A stretch of 64,000 nt of DNA from Candidatus Campbellbacteria bacterium (lineage in GTDB: Bacteria; Patescibacteriota; Minisyncoccia; Phycocordibacterales; EsbW-18). Positions 9,758-20,919 of this stretch are shown here, in pieces. Made by a program: the position numbers and the translations under genes. The notes below the pieces were generated by a model. It saw only the letters and a list, made by a program, of their open reading frames with translations, did no database searches and was not told the DNA's origin. The DNA lies in NCBI GenBank assembly GCA_016699465.1, contig CP064977.1:74096-138095 (forward strand), read 5' to 3'. Positions within the stretch are counted from its first letter, which is position 1. Every line of letters starts with the position of its first letter.

Positions 9758-9792
9758 TGCGCAGTATGTATTCGTGTAACCAATATATCAAT

Positions 9793-10560
9793 ATGAAAAA
9801 AATACTCATTTGGATTTGTATAATGGTTGTTGTACTTGGATTTTGTATCGTTGGTGCGGGAATATATAGATTTAATTTTACAAATGACGACATCTATCTT
9901 CAGAATGGTGGACAAATAAACTCAAAAGATGGAACATATGCGATAGAGGGGCACACAATTACGCTTCACAACGGTATATCTGAAGTGGAGGTTGCTCCAG
10001 GTTCAGTATCAAAAAGTATCACGCGATATTTTGGTAACGATGTTGTTGGTGATTTTAACGGTGATGGAAAAAATGATACAGCGTTTCTTTTGACACAAGA
10101 AACTGGCGGAAGTGGCACATTTTTTTATGTTGCTGCCTTGATTGGTGACGAAGGAAAAGGAAGCGGAACGAATGCAGTGTTTCTCGGTGATCGTATAGCA
10201 CCTCAAAGTACGGAATTTAGAAATGGAATGATTATTGTTAACTTTGCAGAACGTGCTTTGGGAGAGCCGTTTTCAGTGATACCATCTGTTGGTGTGAGTA
10301 TGTATTTTAAGGTTGTTGATGGTGTACTACAGGAAGTACGCCCACATATATCAGAATCAGATGCTCGCACTATTGCCGAACGCTCATGTATTAAGGGTGG
10401 TGAGGCGTTGAGTGCCGGAATGTATAACGAAGGTACAAAGACGTGGTGGTTTGACGCAAATCTCAATGCAACACGTGAAGGATGCAATCCAGCGTGTGTG
10501 GTGGGTGAAGAAACAAAAACAGCCGAAATTAATTGGCGCTGTACAGGGTTGGTACAATAA
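9793..10560 (+). CDS. hypothetical membrane-anchored/secreted protein
   Basis: N-terminal TM/signal MKKILIWICIMVVVLGF; no family recognised. Confidence 0.55.
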   Translation: MKKILIWICIMVVVLGFCIVGAGIYRFNFTNDDIYLQNGGQINSKDGTYAIEGHTITLHNGISEVEVAPGSVSKSITRYFGNDVVGDFNGDGKNDTAFLLTQETGGSGTFFYVAALIGDEGKGSGTNAVFLGDRIAPQSTEFRNGMIIVNFAERALGEPFSVIPSVGVSMYFKVVDGVLQEVRPHISESDARTIAERSCIKGGEALSAGMYNEGTKTWWFDANLNATREGCNPACVVGEETKTAEINWRCTGLVQ

Positions 10561-10565
10561 AATCT

Positions 10566-10979
10566 CTATCGGTGTTTTGCTGTGGCACAACGGCAACCGT
10601 ATGGTTTGATGTGTTCGTCAAAATATTCTTGCTGGTAGTCGTAGGAGAGCTCTTCTCCAATTTCAATTTTTCTTTTTGCAAAGATATACACACGCCCACG
10701 TCTAATATCTACTTCACAATTTGGTTTGCATGAGTGATTAATATAGCGTGCGGTATTTGTGCGTGAACTTCCATCAATAAACCGGCGCGAGTTTGTTTCA
10801 AACAAATATTTTCCGTTTATTGTGTCAGCGGTTTTTGCATCAACAATTCTTCCTGTGTATTCAATAATAAAACCCTTGCGCTCAATAGGTGCATCGGTGA
10901 ATAATCCTAAACCACTTTTGGAACGTTTAATACGTAATGCACGACGGATAGACCTGTATTTTTTGGGTAGTGGAAACAT
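10566..10979 (-). CDS. SET-domain protein (putative lysine methyltransferase)
   Basis: GxG...Y, NHSCxPNC and ELxxDY SET signature motifs in a 137-aa protein. Confidence 0.75.
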   Translation of the reverse strand: MFPLPKKYRSIRRALRIKRSKSGLGLFTDAPIERKGFIIEYTGRIVDAKTADTINGKYLFETNSRRFIDGSSRTNTARYINHSCKPNCEVDIRRGRVYIFAKRKIEIGEELSYDYQQEYFDEHIKPYGCRCATAKHR

Positions 10980-10990
10980 GGTGCGACTAG

Positions 10991-12208
10991 TTACTCAAAG
11001 ATGTCCCACATCTTCTGATCTTCGTTCCCATCAATCTTGAAGATGGCGACACCCGCAAGACCATATTCTCGAGCGAGATCCACTTTTTGTGCGATGGCCT
11101 CTGCGTCATTCCACGTTGCATAGTAGAACACTGATGGTAATCCTGTTGCGTGTGTGTACGCAAATGATTGCGCAGAAACTTTCAGTGCATCTGGGGTATC
11201 GTGTGGGATTGTTGTGTTGTAAGTAAATTGTGGTGCTGTTGTGATAGGGAAGAACGTAAAACTCAATTCTCCGGCGTTTCCGCGTATTGGTGTAACCTTG
11301 TACTGTTTTGCTGTTTTTATTCCGTAGGATGGATTGAATGCGCCAGTTTTTCCGTATTCTTGATATGTGTCGGAATGCACAATTACTTCGTACTCATGTC
11401 CGTACGTTGAAATGCCAAGAGATATTTTTTCTTTAGGAATACTTTGTAGTGTGAATTCTATCACCTTACGTACCCATGCTGGGTCTGATACGGGAATGTA
11501 CGCTTCGCCGGAATGTGTGTTGTTGAGTGTAAGATCCGCGCGTTGTTGATCGTAGGTCATTATATTTACACGATCACAGTATGTCGCGATTGCGGTGTAG
11601 TCATTTGCATACCGCAGGTCAGTTGGAATTGTTTTGTAGAGTGATTCTGGCGGCGTGCGTGCTTCAATAGTGCATGAGAGAATTTTATTTTTTCCGAGTT
11701 TATTCTTGAGTTCTTTAAGAAATAGTCCAAATGCTTCAAACGTCTCAGCACTTTTTCCTTCATAATCGATATCAACACCATCGAACTTCTGTTTTTGCAC
11801 CATTGTGGTAATGGCTTTGATGTGTTTGGTTCGTAACTCGGGAGTGCTCAACGTGGTGTAGATAGCGGATGTATTGCTCCACATTACTGTTGGAAGTATG
11901 TGTATATCTTTTTTGTGGGCGGACGAAAAAAGATTTTTCCATGCGCTTTTTTGAATTTTTCCAAGGTCAATAAGCGTACCGTCACTTTTCACTGAATAGT
12001 TGAATGGAAAGATGGTAGATAAGTCAGAGAGGTGTTTACGAGCGTCTTTGGTGCCGCTTGATACAGCCCAGTATGGAATCCATCCAGATACTTGGAGAGA
12101 GTCAGCGGCAAGAGTAAGGAGTGGTGTGGAAAAAAGAATAATAATGATGGCGCACAACCACAATGAAGTTGCACGTACAGGCTGTACGATTGTAGTAACG
12201 AGTTTCAT
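10991..12208 (-). CDS. secreted glycoside hydrolase family 18 (chitinase-like)
   Basis: Signal peptide, FDGVDIDYE catalytic motif of GH18. Confidence 0.8.
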   Translation of the reverse strand: MKLVTTIVQPVRATSLWLCAIIIILFSTPLLTLAADSLQVSGWIPYWAVSSGTKDARKHLSDLSTIFPFNYSVKSDGTLIDLGKIQKSAWKNLFSSAHKKDIHILPTVMWSNTSAIYTTLSTPELRTKHIKAITTMVQKQKFDGVDIDYEGKSAETFEAFGLFLKELKNKLGKNKILSCTIEARTPPESLYKTIPTDLRYANDYTAIATYCDRVNIMTYDQQRADLTLNNTHSGEAYIPVSDPAWVRKVIEFTLQSIPKEKISLGISTYGHEYEVIVHSDTYQEYGKTGAFNPSYGIKTAKQYKVTPIRGNAGELSFTFFPITTAPQFTYNTTIPHDTPDALKVSAQSFAYTHATGLPSVFYYATWNDAEAIAQKVDLAREYGLAGVAIFKIDGNEDQKMWDIFE

Positions 12209-12257
12209 ACGAGTAGTATACCGTATGAGCCAGTGATTCGTTACATGGGATAACAAA

Positions 12258-12285
12258 AAAACACCCGTGCGGGTGTTTTTTTGTT
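12258..12285. terminator. bidirectional terminator
   Basis: aaaaaaacacccg-tgc-gggtgttttttt palindrome flanked by A/T runs. Confidence 0.65.
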
Positions 12286-12286
12286 A

Positions 12287-12670
12287 TTATTTCTTGGTAG
12301 TTTTTTTTGCTGGTTTCTTTTTTGCTACTGGTTTTTTTGTAGCAACTTTCAATTCTTTTGAAATATTTTTCCAGTGACCTTTAAGTTCTGTAACAAATGC
12401 TTGTACATCTTTTGGATCAAGCTTCTGGAGTTTTTTGTAGCGCTCCGCGACTTCTTTAATTGTTGTGTGGTATCCTTTCTCGCTTATTGCAGAAGCCTGT
12501 TTAAGTTCTGCTACAACGTCCTTTTTTGCTTTTACAGACCACGCCTTAACTACAGCGCGGTTCTTTTTGGCATCCTTCGATGCATAGAAAAAGTATGTTC
12601 CAGCTGCTGCGGCTGCGAGTGCGGCGATACCTGTTCCAACGGCTACTTTGTTAGTTGTTGTTTTTTTCAT
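12287..12670 (-). CDS. hypothetical Lys-rich protein with N-terminal TM segment
   Basis: 127-aa ORF, basic C-terminal tail. Confidence 0.5.
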   Translation of the reverse strand: MKKTTTNKVAVGTGIAALAAAAAGTYFFYASKDAKKNRAVVKAWSVKAKKDVVAELKQASAISEKGYHTTIKEVAERYKKLQKLDPKDVQAFVTELKGHWKNISKELKVATKKPVAKKKPAKKTTKK

Positions 12671-12743
12671 GTGTGATTTTGCGAAATCATATTACGTAGC
12701 GTCGATTGTTACGTGGCTGAGATCGCGATAAACTTTGTGGTTA

Positions 12744-13055
12744 TCAGTTAGTGTCTTTTGTTTTTTGGACATTCACTGGTTTTCTTTTAATATTTTTTTG
12801 TCTCTTGATAAATAATCCAAGAAAGTAATCAAAAATTGTTTTTATTTTTGTACCTTCTTCTTTTACCGCACCGCGCAGTTCATTGATATCACCAGCGAGT
12901 TTATCACCTTCTTTTCGCGCTATTTCAGAGAGGTGGCGTACATCTCTTAGTACGGGAATGATGTAGTACATCGATATTCCAAACGCAATAGTCAGAAGAA
13001 CAACAAAAATACTTGTAATAAAGAAAAAAATATCTGCGTGGATAAGTGTTTCCAT
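12744..13055 (-). CDS. small membrane protein (DUF948-like architecture)
   Basis: N-terminal TM helix followed by charged coiled region. Confidence 0.5.
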   Translation of the reverse strand: METLIHADIFFFITSIFVVLLTIAFGISMYYIIPVLRDVRHLSEIARKEGDKLAGDINELRGAVKEEGTKIKTIFDYFLGLFIKRQKNIKRKPVNVQKTKDTN

Positions 13056-13230
13056 AGAGAATAGTTTAGCACATGTGCCTGAATATTTTTAAAGAGCATT
13101 TTCCACATCTGTGTATAGGTTGATGGGGAAGATTGCATGTTTTGATGGTAGTTCGTGTTTATAAGTTGTCTGTTGTCTGGTATACTGCCCACGTATCCCT
13201 CTATAAAAAACAGGGGGCATTACTACATAT

Positions 13231-13407
13231 ATGAAAAAGAACACACAACAGTCAGGTTTTCGTTCAGTAGAGCGTCTTTCACATTTTCGATGTGGAGCGT
13301 GTAATAAATGGTGGTCAATCGGTGATGCGCCACTTGGCAAAAAAGAATGGCACTGTCCGTGGTGTGGAGAGAGGCAGGTGATGGAAAGGGCTAAAAGTCC
13401 AAAATAG
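13231..13407 (+). CDS. small zinc-ribbon protein (58 aa, two CxxC pairs)
   Basis: AGGGGG SD 12 nt upstream of ATG; CGAC...CPWC; stop 2 nt before uvrA ATG; absent from the ORF track because it is under 60 aa. Confidence 0.5.
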   Translation: MKKNTQQSGFRSVERLSHFRCGACNKWWSIGDAPLGKKEWHCPWCGERQVMERAKSPK

Positions 13408-13409
13408 GT

Positions 13410-16067
13410 ATGAAAAAACCAGACAGTGACAAAATAATAGTGAGGGGTGCCCGAACACACAATCTTAAGAATGTGACGGTTGAAATGCCACGTAACAAAA
13501 TGGTTGTGTTTACTGGTTTGTCAGGTTCAGGAAAATCTTCTTTGGCGTTCGATACCATCTTTGCAGAAGGACAGCGCCGATATGTTGAGTCATTGTCTGC
13601 GTATGCGCGACAGTTCATCAGTCAAATGCCAAAGCCGGATGTGGATGAAATTGTTGGGCTTTCTCCCGCAATTTCAATTGACCAAAAATCTCGCTCAAAC
13701 AATCCGCGTTCAACCGTTGCAACGATTACTGAAATTTACGATTATCTCCGTATTTTATATGCACGTATTGGTATTCCGCACTGTTTGGTGTGTGGTGAGC
13801 CAATTAAGCGGTTGACAAACGAAGAGATTCAAAACTTTATTCTTGAAAAAGTAGACGTTGCGTCTGCGAGTGTAAAAAAACGTGGACAGAAAAACCTCTC
13901 TGAAGCAATTGCCGATGCCCAAACGGGTCCTGCACTTGAAATTTTTTCACCAATTGTGCGTGGACGAAAAGGTGAGTACTACCAACAACTCTACGATTTT
14001 CTCAATCGGGGATATACCGAAGTACTTGTGGATGGTGTTCGCAAAAAACTACGAGAACAAATTATTCTTGAAAAAAATAAAAAACACGATATCGATATTC
14101 TCATTGACCGTATTCCACTCGTTGATTTCGTTGAATCACATGACACTGCACTCGAGCGTTTGCGTGAGTCGCTGGAGCGCTCGCTCCATGAAGCACAAGG
14201 ACTTGTTCGTGTGGTGTTTTCAGGTATTGATGAGTTTGCTAAAAAAGGAAGCAACGATATTGGTGTATTGATGTCATCAAAGTTTTCGTGTCCAAATGAC
14301 GGCTATTCGTATCCAGAAATTGAACCACGATTATTTTCTTTCAATAGTCCGTACGGCGCCTGTGCGGAGTGTAATGGACTTGGAACACAAGATTTTTTTG
14401 TGAAGGACGCATGTCTGGTGTGTAACGGAGCACGTCTTCGTCCTGAGGCACTCCATGTACGTCTTAATGGAAAAAATATCGTTGAAGCAACTGCGTTGTC
14501 TGTTGATGATGCTCATGTATTTTTCCGCGTTCTATCTCTTACTGAAAAAGAAAAAGAAATTTCAAATGTTGTTGTTCGTGAGATTATTGATCGACTTAAA
14601 TTTATGCAAGATGTAGGTATTGGGTACCTTACACTTGATCGTCGCGCCAACACACTTTCAGGAGGTGAAGCACAACGTATTCGTCTTGCGTCACAACTAG
14701 GTTCGGGACTTGTGGGGGCACTCTATGTTCTTGACGAACCAACGATTGGACTCCACTCGCGTGACAACGATCGTCTCATTAAAACACTTCAAAATCTTCG
14801 CGATCTCGGTAATACGATTATTGTGGTTGAACATGACGAAGACACCATTTTCTCATCTGATTACATTGTTGATATTGGACCGGGCGCTGGGGTGCACGGA
14901 GGGAAGATTGTGGTTGCTGGTGATTTGGAAGAATTGTTAACGGCCAAAGAGCCTCCGGTAAAAGGGAAGTCGCTCACCCTTGCGTACCTGCGTGGTGAAA
15001 AATATATTCCACTTCCTGACATACGTCGTACTGCGGACAAGGGCGTTATCAAAATTCGTGGTGGAACTATTTTCAACATAAAAAATATGAATGTTGATAT
15101 TCCTCTCGGAAAATTTGTTGTGGTAACAGGAGTGTCTGGTTCCGGAAAATCTTCGTTTATGTATGAGATTTTGTACAAAAATCTTCAGGCGCGTTTGGAG
15201 CGAAAGTATCGAACTGCGCAAACATTCAACTGCGGTTCTATTACGGGAACTGAATACGTGTCTCGAACAATCATGATTGATCAGTCACCGATTGGTCGCA
15301 CTTCACGAAGTAATCCGGCAACGTACACGGGAGCCTTTTCACATATTCGTGACATGTTTGCAGCAACACCTGAAGCACGCGCTCGTGGTTGGAAGGCGAG
15401 TCGATTTTCATTCAACGTAAAAGGTGGCCGATGTGAAGCATGTGAAGGAAAAGGTGAAATTGCTGTTGAAATGCACTTTCTCCCAACAGTGTATGTTGAG
15501 TGTGATGTGTGTGGCGGTAAGCGTTTTATGCGCGAAACACTTGAAGTTGAGTATCGAGATAAAAATATTCACGAGGTGCTTTCGATGACTGTAGAAGAAG
15601 CACTCGCTTTTTTTAACGATATTCCTGCCATTTATGACCGACTCCACACACTTAATGAAGTTGGTCTTGGGTACTTACAACTTGGCCAATCAGCAACAAC
15701 ACTCTCAGGAGGAGAGTCACAGCGCGTTAAAATTTCTTCTGAACTCTATCGCACGCATGTGCAAAAAACACTCTACCTTCTTGATGAGCCGACCATCGGA
15801 CTTCATTATGAGGACGTACGAAAACTTATTGAAATACTTCAGATGCTTACCACAAAAGGAAACTCGGTTATTCTCATTGAGCACAACATGGACATTGTGA
15901 AGAGTGCGGATTACATTATAGATATTGGTCCTGAAGGTGGAACAGAAGGAGGAAAAGTTGTAGCGTTCGGAACTCCAGAAGAAGTTGCTGAATCAGGCAC
16001 GCACACAGGACGCTATTTGCGCAAAGTGTTACGTAAACAGGCAACACATGTATCGTCAAAAGAATAA
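13410..16067 (+). CDS. uvrA: excinuclease ABC subunit A
   Basis: Two ABC ATPase modules (GLSGSGKSS and GVSGSGKSS Walker A), zinc-finger Cys clusters, 885 aa. Confidence 0.95.
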   Translation: MKKPDSDKIIVRGARTHNLKNVTVEMPRNKMVVFTGLSGSGKSSLAFDTIFAEGQRRYVESLSAYARQFISQMPKPDVDEIVGLSPAISIDQKSRSNNPRSTVATITEIYDYLRILYARIGIPHCLVCGEPIKRLTNEEIQNFILEKVDVASASVKKRGQKNLSEAIADAQTGPALEIFSPIVRGRKGEYYQQLYDFLNRGYTEVLVDGVRKKLREQIILEKNKKHDIDILIDRIPLVDFVESHDTALERLRESLERSLHEAQGLVRVVFSGIDEFAKKGSNDIGVLMSSKFSCPNDGYSYPEIEPRLFSFNSPYGACAECNGLGTQDFFVKDACLVCNGARLRPEALHVRLNGKNIVEATALSVDDAHVFFRVLSLTEKEKEISNVVVREIIDRLKFMQDVGIGYLTLDRRANTLSGGEAQRIRLASQLGSGLVGALYVLDEPTIGLHSRDNDRLIKTLQNLRDLGNTIIVVEHDEDTIFSSDYIVDIGPGAGVHGGKIVVAGDLEELLTAKEPPVKGKSLTLAYLRGEKYIPLPDIRRTADKGVIKIRGGTIFNIKNMNVDIPLGKFVVVTGVSGSGKSSFMYEILYKNLQARLERKYRTAQTFNCGSITGTEYVSRTIMIDQSPIGRTSRSNPATYTGAFSHIRDMFAATPEARARGWKASRFSFNVKGGRCEACEGKGEIAVEMHFLPTVYVECDVCGGKRFMRETLEVEYRDKNIHEVLSMTVEEALAFFNDIPAIYDRLHTLNEVGLGYLQLGQSATTLSGGESQRVKISSELYRTHVQKTLYLLDEPTIGLHYEDVRKLIEILQMLTTKGNSVILIEHNMDIVKSADYIIDIGPEGGTEGGKVVAFGTPEEVAESGTHTGRYLRKVLRKQATHVSSKE

Positions 16068-16129
16068 TTCTAATACTATGCAGTATGTTTGTTGTCCATT
16101 ACTAGTTTCTAGTACCTAGTTGATCATAT

Positions 16130-17071
16130 ATGTCCAATTTTGATGACACTAAAGGAAAAGAGGACCTTCGTCGGAAAGCGCTTGAAGAAACGGCAAGTGC
16201 ACAGCGACTTATCAAGGCACAAGAAGAAAGGCGGAAACAACAGCATGCGCAAATTGTCCAATTAGAACTTTCGCGTTTAAACCAAGAAATAAAACGTGCA
16301 GAGCAAGAACGAGCGTCACTAGTGCTCGAAGAAGATTCAATTAAACGTCAAGAGGCGGAAGAAAAAAGAACGGTTGAAAGTACCGTAACTCACCAAGCAC
16401 AGGCAAAGACGGAAACGCTTGATATAAGTCGTACACAGCAAAAACTTGAAAGCGAGTTGGCCGAACTCACAAAGAAAAAAGAAACACTCACTGCAACACT
16501 CAAAAAAATGGCACAAGAGCACGTAACACGCCAGCGTGCTAAGCCGACTATTTCTCATATCCAAAAAAATGCAGGGAAAGAAGGCGAGCTAAAGCGTGAG
16601 CTTGTCAAGTTAGAAAAGGATATGGAAACACTCAAAAAAATTATTGCTGCTGATGAGGCGCGTCTGCGTGAAGAAAAGGCGACATGTACTCGTGAAGAAG
16701 CAGAAAAGAAAAAGATTGAATTGGAATTGAGTACCGTACAAAAAGATGCACACAAAGAAGAGGTGGTTGGAGGTTTATCAGCGCAGCAAGAGAAAAAAAT
16801 ACAACAAGAATCTGAACAGATACAAACGGTGCTCGGTGCTGTTGAAAGAAGTATTCAAGATGTTATGAGAAAATTGCGTTTATTTACAACGCGCGGACAG
16901 AAGCAAAAAAGAGATACGCAAGAAAACGAACGTACAAAGAGAATGGCTGAACAAGCGGTGCGTACTGCGGATACAAAATTGCGAGATCGTGAACGACGAC
17001 TTAAACAACTGGATGCTGATATACGTACAAAAAAAGAAAAGAAAGAAAAGTTAGAGGCCGAATTACGCTAG
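16130..17071 (+). CDS. hypothetical highly charged coiled-coil protein
   Basis: 313 aa, E/K/R/Q-rich heptad-like composition. Confidence 0.55.
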   Translation: MSNFDDTKGKEDLRRKALEETASAQRLIKAQEERRKQQHAQIVQLELSRLNQEIKRAEQERASLVLEEDSIKRQEAEEKRTVESTVTHQAQAKTETLDISRTQQKLESELAELTKKKETLTATLKKMAQEHVTRQRAKPTISHIQKNAGKEGELKRELVKLEKDMETLKKIIAADEARLREEKATCTREEAEKKKIELELSTVQKDAHKEEVVGGLSAQQEKKIQQESEQIQTVLGAVERSIQDVMRKLRLFTTRGQKQKRDTQENERTKRMAEQAVRTADTKLRDRERRLKQLDADIRTKKEKKEKLEAELR

Positions 17072-17084
17072 TGGAGTGCATACA

Positions 17085-17112
17085 AAAAGCCAGATGTGCT
17101 ATCTGGCCAGTT
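17085..17112 (+). terminator. rho-independent terminator
   Basis: gccagat-gtgct-atctggc followed by TTTT. Confidence 0.6.
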
Positions 17113-17128
17113 TTGAACACAAGAGAAG

Positions 17129-17326
17129 TTAAGATTCGAAGTCTAGATCGGCGCCATCACTGTCGATGTCGTGATGCCGCAGGGCAGAATCCGAGGGATG
17201 ACCGTTAGCTCCTACATCAGGAAGTGGGGGTGGTGGACACGGGGTTTCGATGTCGAAAGATGAAATTCCAACAATGACGCGTGTCGGCCTTGGCACTCGG
17301 CTGTGCGGTGTATCTTCGGCACTCAT
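17129..17326 (-). CDS. small acidic GC-rich hypothetical protein (65 aa)
   Basis: AAGGAG SD 7 nt before ATG; GC about 57% against AT-rich flanks. Confidence 0.45.
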   Translation of the reverse strand: MSAEDTPHSRVPRPTRVIVGISSFDIETPCPPPPLPDVGANGHPSDSALRHHDIDSDGADLDFES

Positions 17327-17373
17327 ATATTCTCCTTGCTCGTCGTTCGTCTACCTTATAGTATAATCCTATA

Positions 17374-18597
17374 ATGGCGTTACATCTAAAAGATATACAC
17401 ACTCTCCCCGATGCTCCTGGCGTGTACCTTTTTTGTAAAGGTAAAGATATCCTCTATATTGGCAAGGCAACATCGCTTAAAAATCGTGTACGTAGCTATT
17501 TTTCCTCGGATATTATAGAAACGCGTGGCCGGCGTATCGTAAAAATGCTTGATGAAGCAACGCGTGTCCGGTTTGAAGAAACACCCTCCGTCCTTGAGGC
17601 ACTCATTCTTGAGGCGGTGCTGATTAAAAAACATCAACCAAAGTATAACGCAAAAGAGAAGAGCGATACGAGTTTTAACTACGTTGTTATTACCAAAGAA
17701 GATTTTCCGCGTGTTTTTACTCTTCGTGAACGAGAACTCTCCAACATTCCACATACTACATTCCACATTCGTCATTCATTCGGCCCATTTCCTCATGGTA
17801 CACAACTAAAGGAAGCATTACAGATTATTCGTAAAATATTTCCATTTCGAGGAAAAAATGATGCACCATTGGCTTCGGATCGAAGACGTGCATCTCGTTT
17901 GTACGAAGAACTCGGACTTTCTCCACGATCACAAGAAATAAGTGTGCTGGAGTATAAAAAAACAATCCGACATATTGTGCTCTTTTTTGAAGGTAAGAAA
18001 AAACAACTTCTCACTACTCTTACCAGAGAAATGAAGCAGTATGCCCGTGCCCGCAAATTTGAACAGGCTAGCGAAATAAAGAGACGTTTGTATGCCTTGC
18101 AACATATTCAAGATGTAGCGTTGATACGGCCTGAAGTTCAAAGTTCAAAGTTCAAAGCTCAAAAAAGAATAGAGGCATATGATGTGGCGCATATTTCCGA
18201 AACTGCACGTGTTGGTGTAATGACTGTTATAGAAAATGGGGAACCAAACAAAAGAGAGTATCGAACCTTTTCTATTAAAACGAAACAACAGGGAGATATT
18301 GCTGGTCTTTCTGAGATTCTTGAACGCCGTTTGCAACACATGGAGTGGCATCTACCCAAGCTTATTGTTGTGGACGGTGGTATTGCTCAAAAGAATGCAG
18401 CTGAAAAGATTTTAAAAACATTTGGCTTTCAGATTCCTATTGTTGCCGTCACTAAAAATGAACATCACAGACCTGAAAAACTTCTAGGAAATCAAAAAGA
18501 TATACTAGGTAATGAAAAAGAGATTCTTCTTGTCAATAACGAGGCACACCGCTTTGCGCTTAGTCGACATAGAGCAAAAAAGAATCGAATTTTTTGA
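17374..18597 (+). CDS. uvrC: excinuclease ABC subunit C, short form (GIY-YIG plus RNase-H-like endonuclease domain, no C-terminal HhH)
   Basis: GVYLF..ILYIGKAxSLKNRVxSYF GIY-YIG motif; UvrC central and endonuclease domains; 407 aa. Confidence 0.85.
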   Translation: MALHLKDIHTLPDAPGVYLFCKGKDILYIGKATSLKNRVRSYFSSDIIETRGRRIVKMLDEATRVRFEETPSVLEALILEAVLIKKHQPKYNAKEKSDTSFNYVVITKEDFPRVFTLRERELSNIPHTTFHIRHSFGPFPHGTQLKEALQIIRKIFPFRGKNDAPLASDRRRASRLYEELGLSPRSQEISVLEYKKTIRHIVLFFEGKKKQLLTTLTREMKQYARARKFEQASEIKRRLYALQHIQDVALIRPEVQSSKFKAQKRIEAYDVAHISETARVGVMTVIENGEPNKREYRTFSIKTKQQGDIAGLSEILERRLQHMEWHLPKLIVVDGGIAQKNAAEKILKTFGFQIPIVAVTKNEHHRPEKLLGNQKDILGNEKEILLVNNEAHRFALSRHRAKKNRIF

Positions 18598-18609
18598 TAT
18601 ACTAAAGAC

Positions 18610-19503
18610 ATGACCAAAATACGCGTTGGTGTTGTACGTGGTGGAGGAGGTAGTGGATACCAAAATTCTCTTGAAACAGGGAAGGTGGTGTTGAACACGC
18701 TGTCTCAGGAAAAATACGAACCCCACGATATTTTTATAGATACAAATGGCGTGTGGCACGTGGAAGGATTTCCTCTTTTGCCAGAACAAGCGGTCCGACG
18801 TTTCGATGTTATTTTTAATGCGCTTGATGGAAACAATGAAGGTGTCATTAGAACGCTCGAGCGTTTTCATATTCCATTTACCGGATCGGGCTCACTCGCG
18901 ACAAGTATCGCTCAACACAAACTTCGTTCCAAAGAAATATACACACAGAACGCTCTTCGGACACCACTGCACACGATATTTGATGGTAGTGTACACAACG
19001 AAAAAGATATTCGTGAAATTTTTCGAACATTTCCGCATCCAACAACAGTGCACCCCGTTGTGTCTGGCTCGCGAAACAATGAGATTGTGTACACACTTGC
19101 TGAACTTACCGATGCTATTGCGCACGCACAGCAAAAACACGGCACGACGCTCATAGAAATGCACATTCCTGGAAAGAGAGTCTCGTGTTTGGTTACGGAT
19201 GATTTTCGTGGTGAAAAACAACACACGGCTTTCCCTGTACACACGTCAGATGAAAATGCTCAGCTTTCTCGGGAAGAAAAGGAAGAAGTACAACATATGG
19301 CGCGTACCGCACACAATGCACTGGGCGCACGTCACTATTCACTCTCTGATTGCGTTGTGTCTCCGCGAGGTGTATACGTTCTTGAAACAAAAACAGCGCC
19401 GGCATTTGGCGATGATTCTGCGCTCGGGCGTTCTCTTGCTGAAGTGGGGGTTCCACTTTCACATTATTTAGATCACATCGTTTCTCTTTCTTTGAAAAAA
19501 TAG
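18610..19503 (+). CDS. ddl: D-alanine--D-alanine ligase
   Basis: ATP-grasp; N-terminal VGVVRGGxSxE pattern and FxGSGxLAS region. Confidence 0.85.
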   Translation: MTKIRVGVVRGGGGSGYQNSLETGKVVLNTLSQEKYEPHDIFIDTNGVWHVEGFPLLPEQAVRRFDVIFNALDGNNEGVIRTLERFHIPFTGSGSLATSIAQHKLRSKEIYTQNALRTPLHTIFDGSVHNEKDIREIFRTFPHPTTVHPVVSGSRNNEIVYTLAELTDAIAHAQQKHGTTLIEMHIPGKRVSCLVTDDFRGEKQHTAFPVHTSDENAQLSREEKEEVQHMARTAHNALGARHYSLSDCVVSPRGVYVLETKTAPAFGDDSALGRSLAEVGVPLSHYLDHIVSLSLKK

Positions 19504-19525
19504 AACCAAGAGGATTAAAAAACTA

Positions 19526-19558
19526 AGGCCCTTTTCCGTACAACGGAAAAGGGCCTGT
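19526..19558. terminator. terminator hairpin
   Basis: aggcccttttccg-tacaa-cggaaaagggcct perfect 13-bp stem. Confidence 0.6.
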
Positions 19559-19571
19559 GCTGTGTCACCGG

Positions 19572-19826
19572 TTATTGCTCAGGGAGCTTGATTGCTTCTC
19601 GAATCAGCCCACCTTTTATGTACCGGTACTTGAAATACCACCTCGCGTTCCCAGAGTCCACAAGTCGCTTAAAGTGTTGATACACTGTCTGGGGACTTCG
19701 GCCCGTGCACTGTACCACTGAGTCAACTGTAAGAGTTCTGTGAAACTTGAGGCGGTCGAACAGGCATCTGTCCCATCCGAGCTCCTTGAGCTCTTGTTCC
19801 CAAAGACAACGGATCTTTTTGGACAT
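19572..19826 (-). CDS. hypothetical protein
   Basis: 84-aa ORF, coding-like composition. Confidence 0.4.
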   Translation of the reverse strand: MSKKIRCLWEQELKELGWDRCLFDRLKFHRTLTVDSVVQCTGRSPQTVYQHFKRLVDSGNARWYFKYRYIKGGLIREAIKLPEQ

Positions 19827-19904
19827 CAGCCACTCCTTTTTGTTGTGGAAATTGGTTTTATCTGAAATGTAAAATACATCTCAGATTACGTACTGTCAAT
19901 CTTT

Positions 19905-20438
19905 TTATGTGGCGATCTTTTTTGGTCCAAAGAGGTAGTGGGCGCAGTATCCAGTCAAGATTCCTAGGACAATACCACCAAGAATATCGCTTGGGTAGTG
20001 TATGCCAGCAGTAATACGAGCGATGCCTATGAGTAGTCCTGATGCATACAACATCCATGCAAGTTTTTTATTACCAAAAAAGTACATTGCAGTTGCAAGT
20101 GAAAAAACAAACATAGTGTGACCGGACGGAAAAGAGTTTGATGTTTTATCAAACAAGTAGGGAATATTGAGTGTGTGCAGAGGTCGCGGGCTTTCGTATA
20201 TGAAGCGAATGAATTCTGTAAGAAGTTCGGCACCAAGAACACTTGCAATGAGTGCTTTCGTATTTTTCCAAAATGTCAGAAGTGATCCTGTGTAAATGTC
20301 GCGATACCACACAACACCAGCAATGAGTATGATGAGAAAAACGTAATATTGTGCAAAAAAAAGTACTATTCCATCGATGAGGGGGGATGTGCCAAGAATC
20401 CCGTTAAGGGTGAATAGAATTTCTAGGTTAAGGTTCAT
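19905..20438 (-). CDS. PAP2-family membrane phosphatase (undecaprenyl-diphosphatase-like)
   Basis: PAP2 motifs KxxxxxxRP, PSGH and SRxxxxxHxxxD (IARITAGIHYPSD). Confidence 0.8.
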   Translation of the reverse strand: MNLNLEILFTLNGILGTSPLIDGIVLFFAQYYVFLIILIAGVVWYRDIYTGSLLTFWKNTKALIASVLGAELLTEFIRFIYESPRPLHTLNIPYLFDKTSNSFPSGHTMFVFSLATAMYFFGNKKLAWMLYASGLLIGIARITAGIHYPSDILGGIVLGILTGYCAHYLFGPKKIAT

Positions 20439-20613
20439 TGGAGTTTGTTTTTGTGGTCACGAATCACTAAGTATTTTACTTCACTTCGTTCGTAAAATCC
20501 TAAGTGTTCTTGAAGCCTACCCCGGCACGATCTTTTGATCGCCCGTCTCAATGAGCACATTGACCTACTGGGTCGGCGCTCAGACCAATGGCGCGCCTGC
20601 GACTTCCATAAAA

Positions 20614-20640
20614 TAAAAAACCTAGATTCAAGAAGGTTTT
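20614..20640 (-). terminator. terminator downstream of tRNA-Ala
   Basis: aaacct-agattcaag-aaggttt hairpin followed by T-run on the minus strand. Confidence 0.6.
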
Positions 20641-20647
20641 TACTTTG

Positions 20648-20720
20648 TGGACCCGACCGGATTCGAACCGGTGACCTCCTCATTGCAAATGAGGCGCTCT
20701 ACCAACTAAGCTACGGGCCC
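20648..20720 (-). tRNA. tRNA-Ala (anticodon TGC)
   Basis: gggcccg acceptor with G3:U70 wobble identity pair, anticodon loop uuUGCaa, T-loop ttcgaat. Confidence 0.9.
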
Positions 20721-20919
20721 GTATCGAGTAATTGAAGATACTGGGCATGCCTTCAGCGAAGAAAATGATATCATAAAATATCTTCAAAACAAGAAGGATG
20801 TGGAGTAGTATACCGATAGTACCCAGTAGGTACATTAGTAGATTTGTAATGTGGTTGTACTATTGTACTCAATCGTGCGTGGTTTGGGATAGATTGTTCC
20901 TCAAAATTATTTTCTCTGT

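Noticed and set aside
18129-18165. Heptamer tandem repeat ttcaaag x3 inside uvrC
   Set aside because: It is in-frame coding sequence (SSKFKAQK), a trivial low-complexity repeat.
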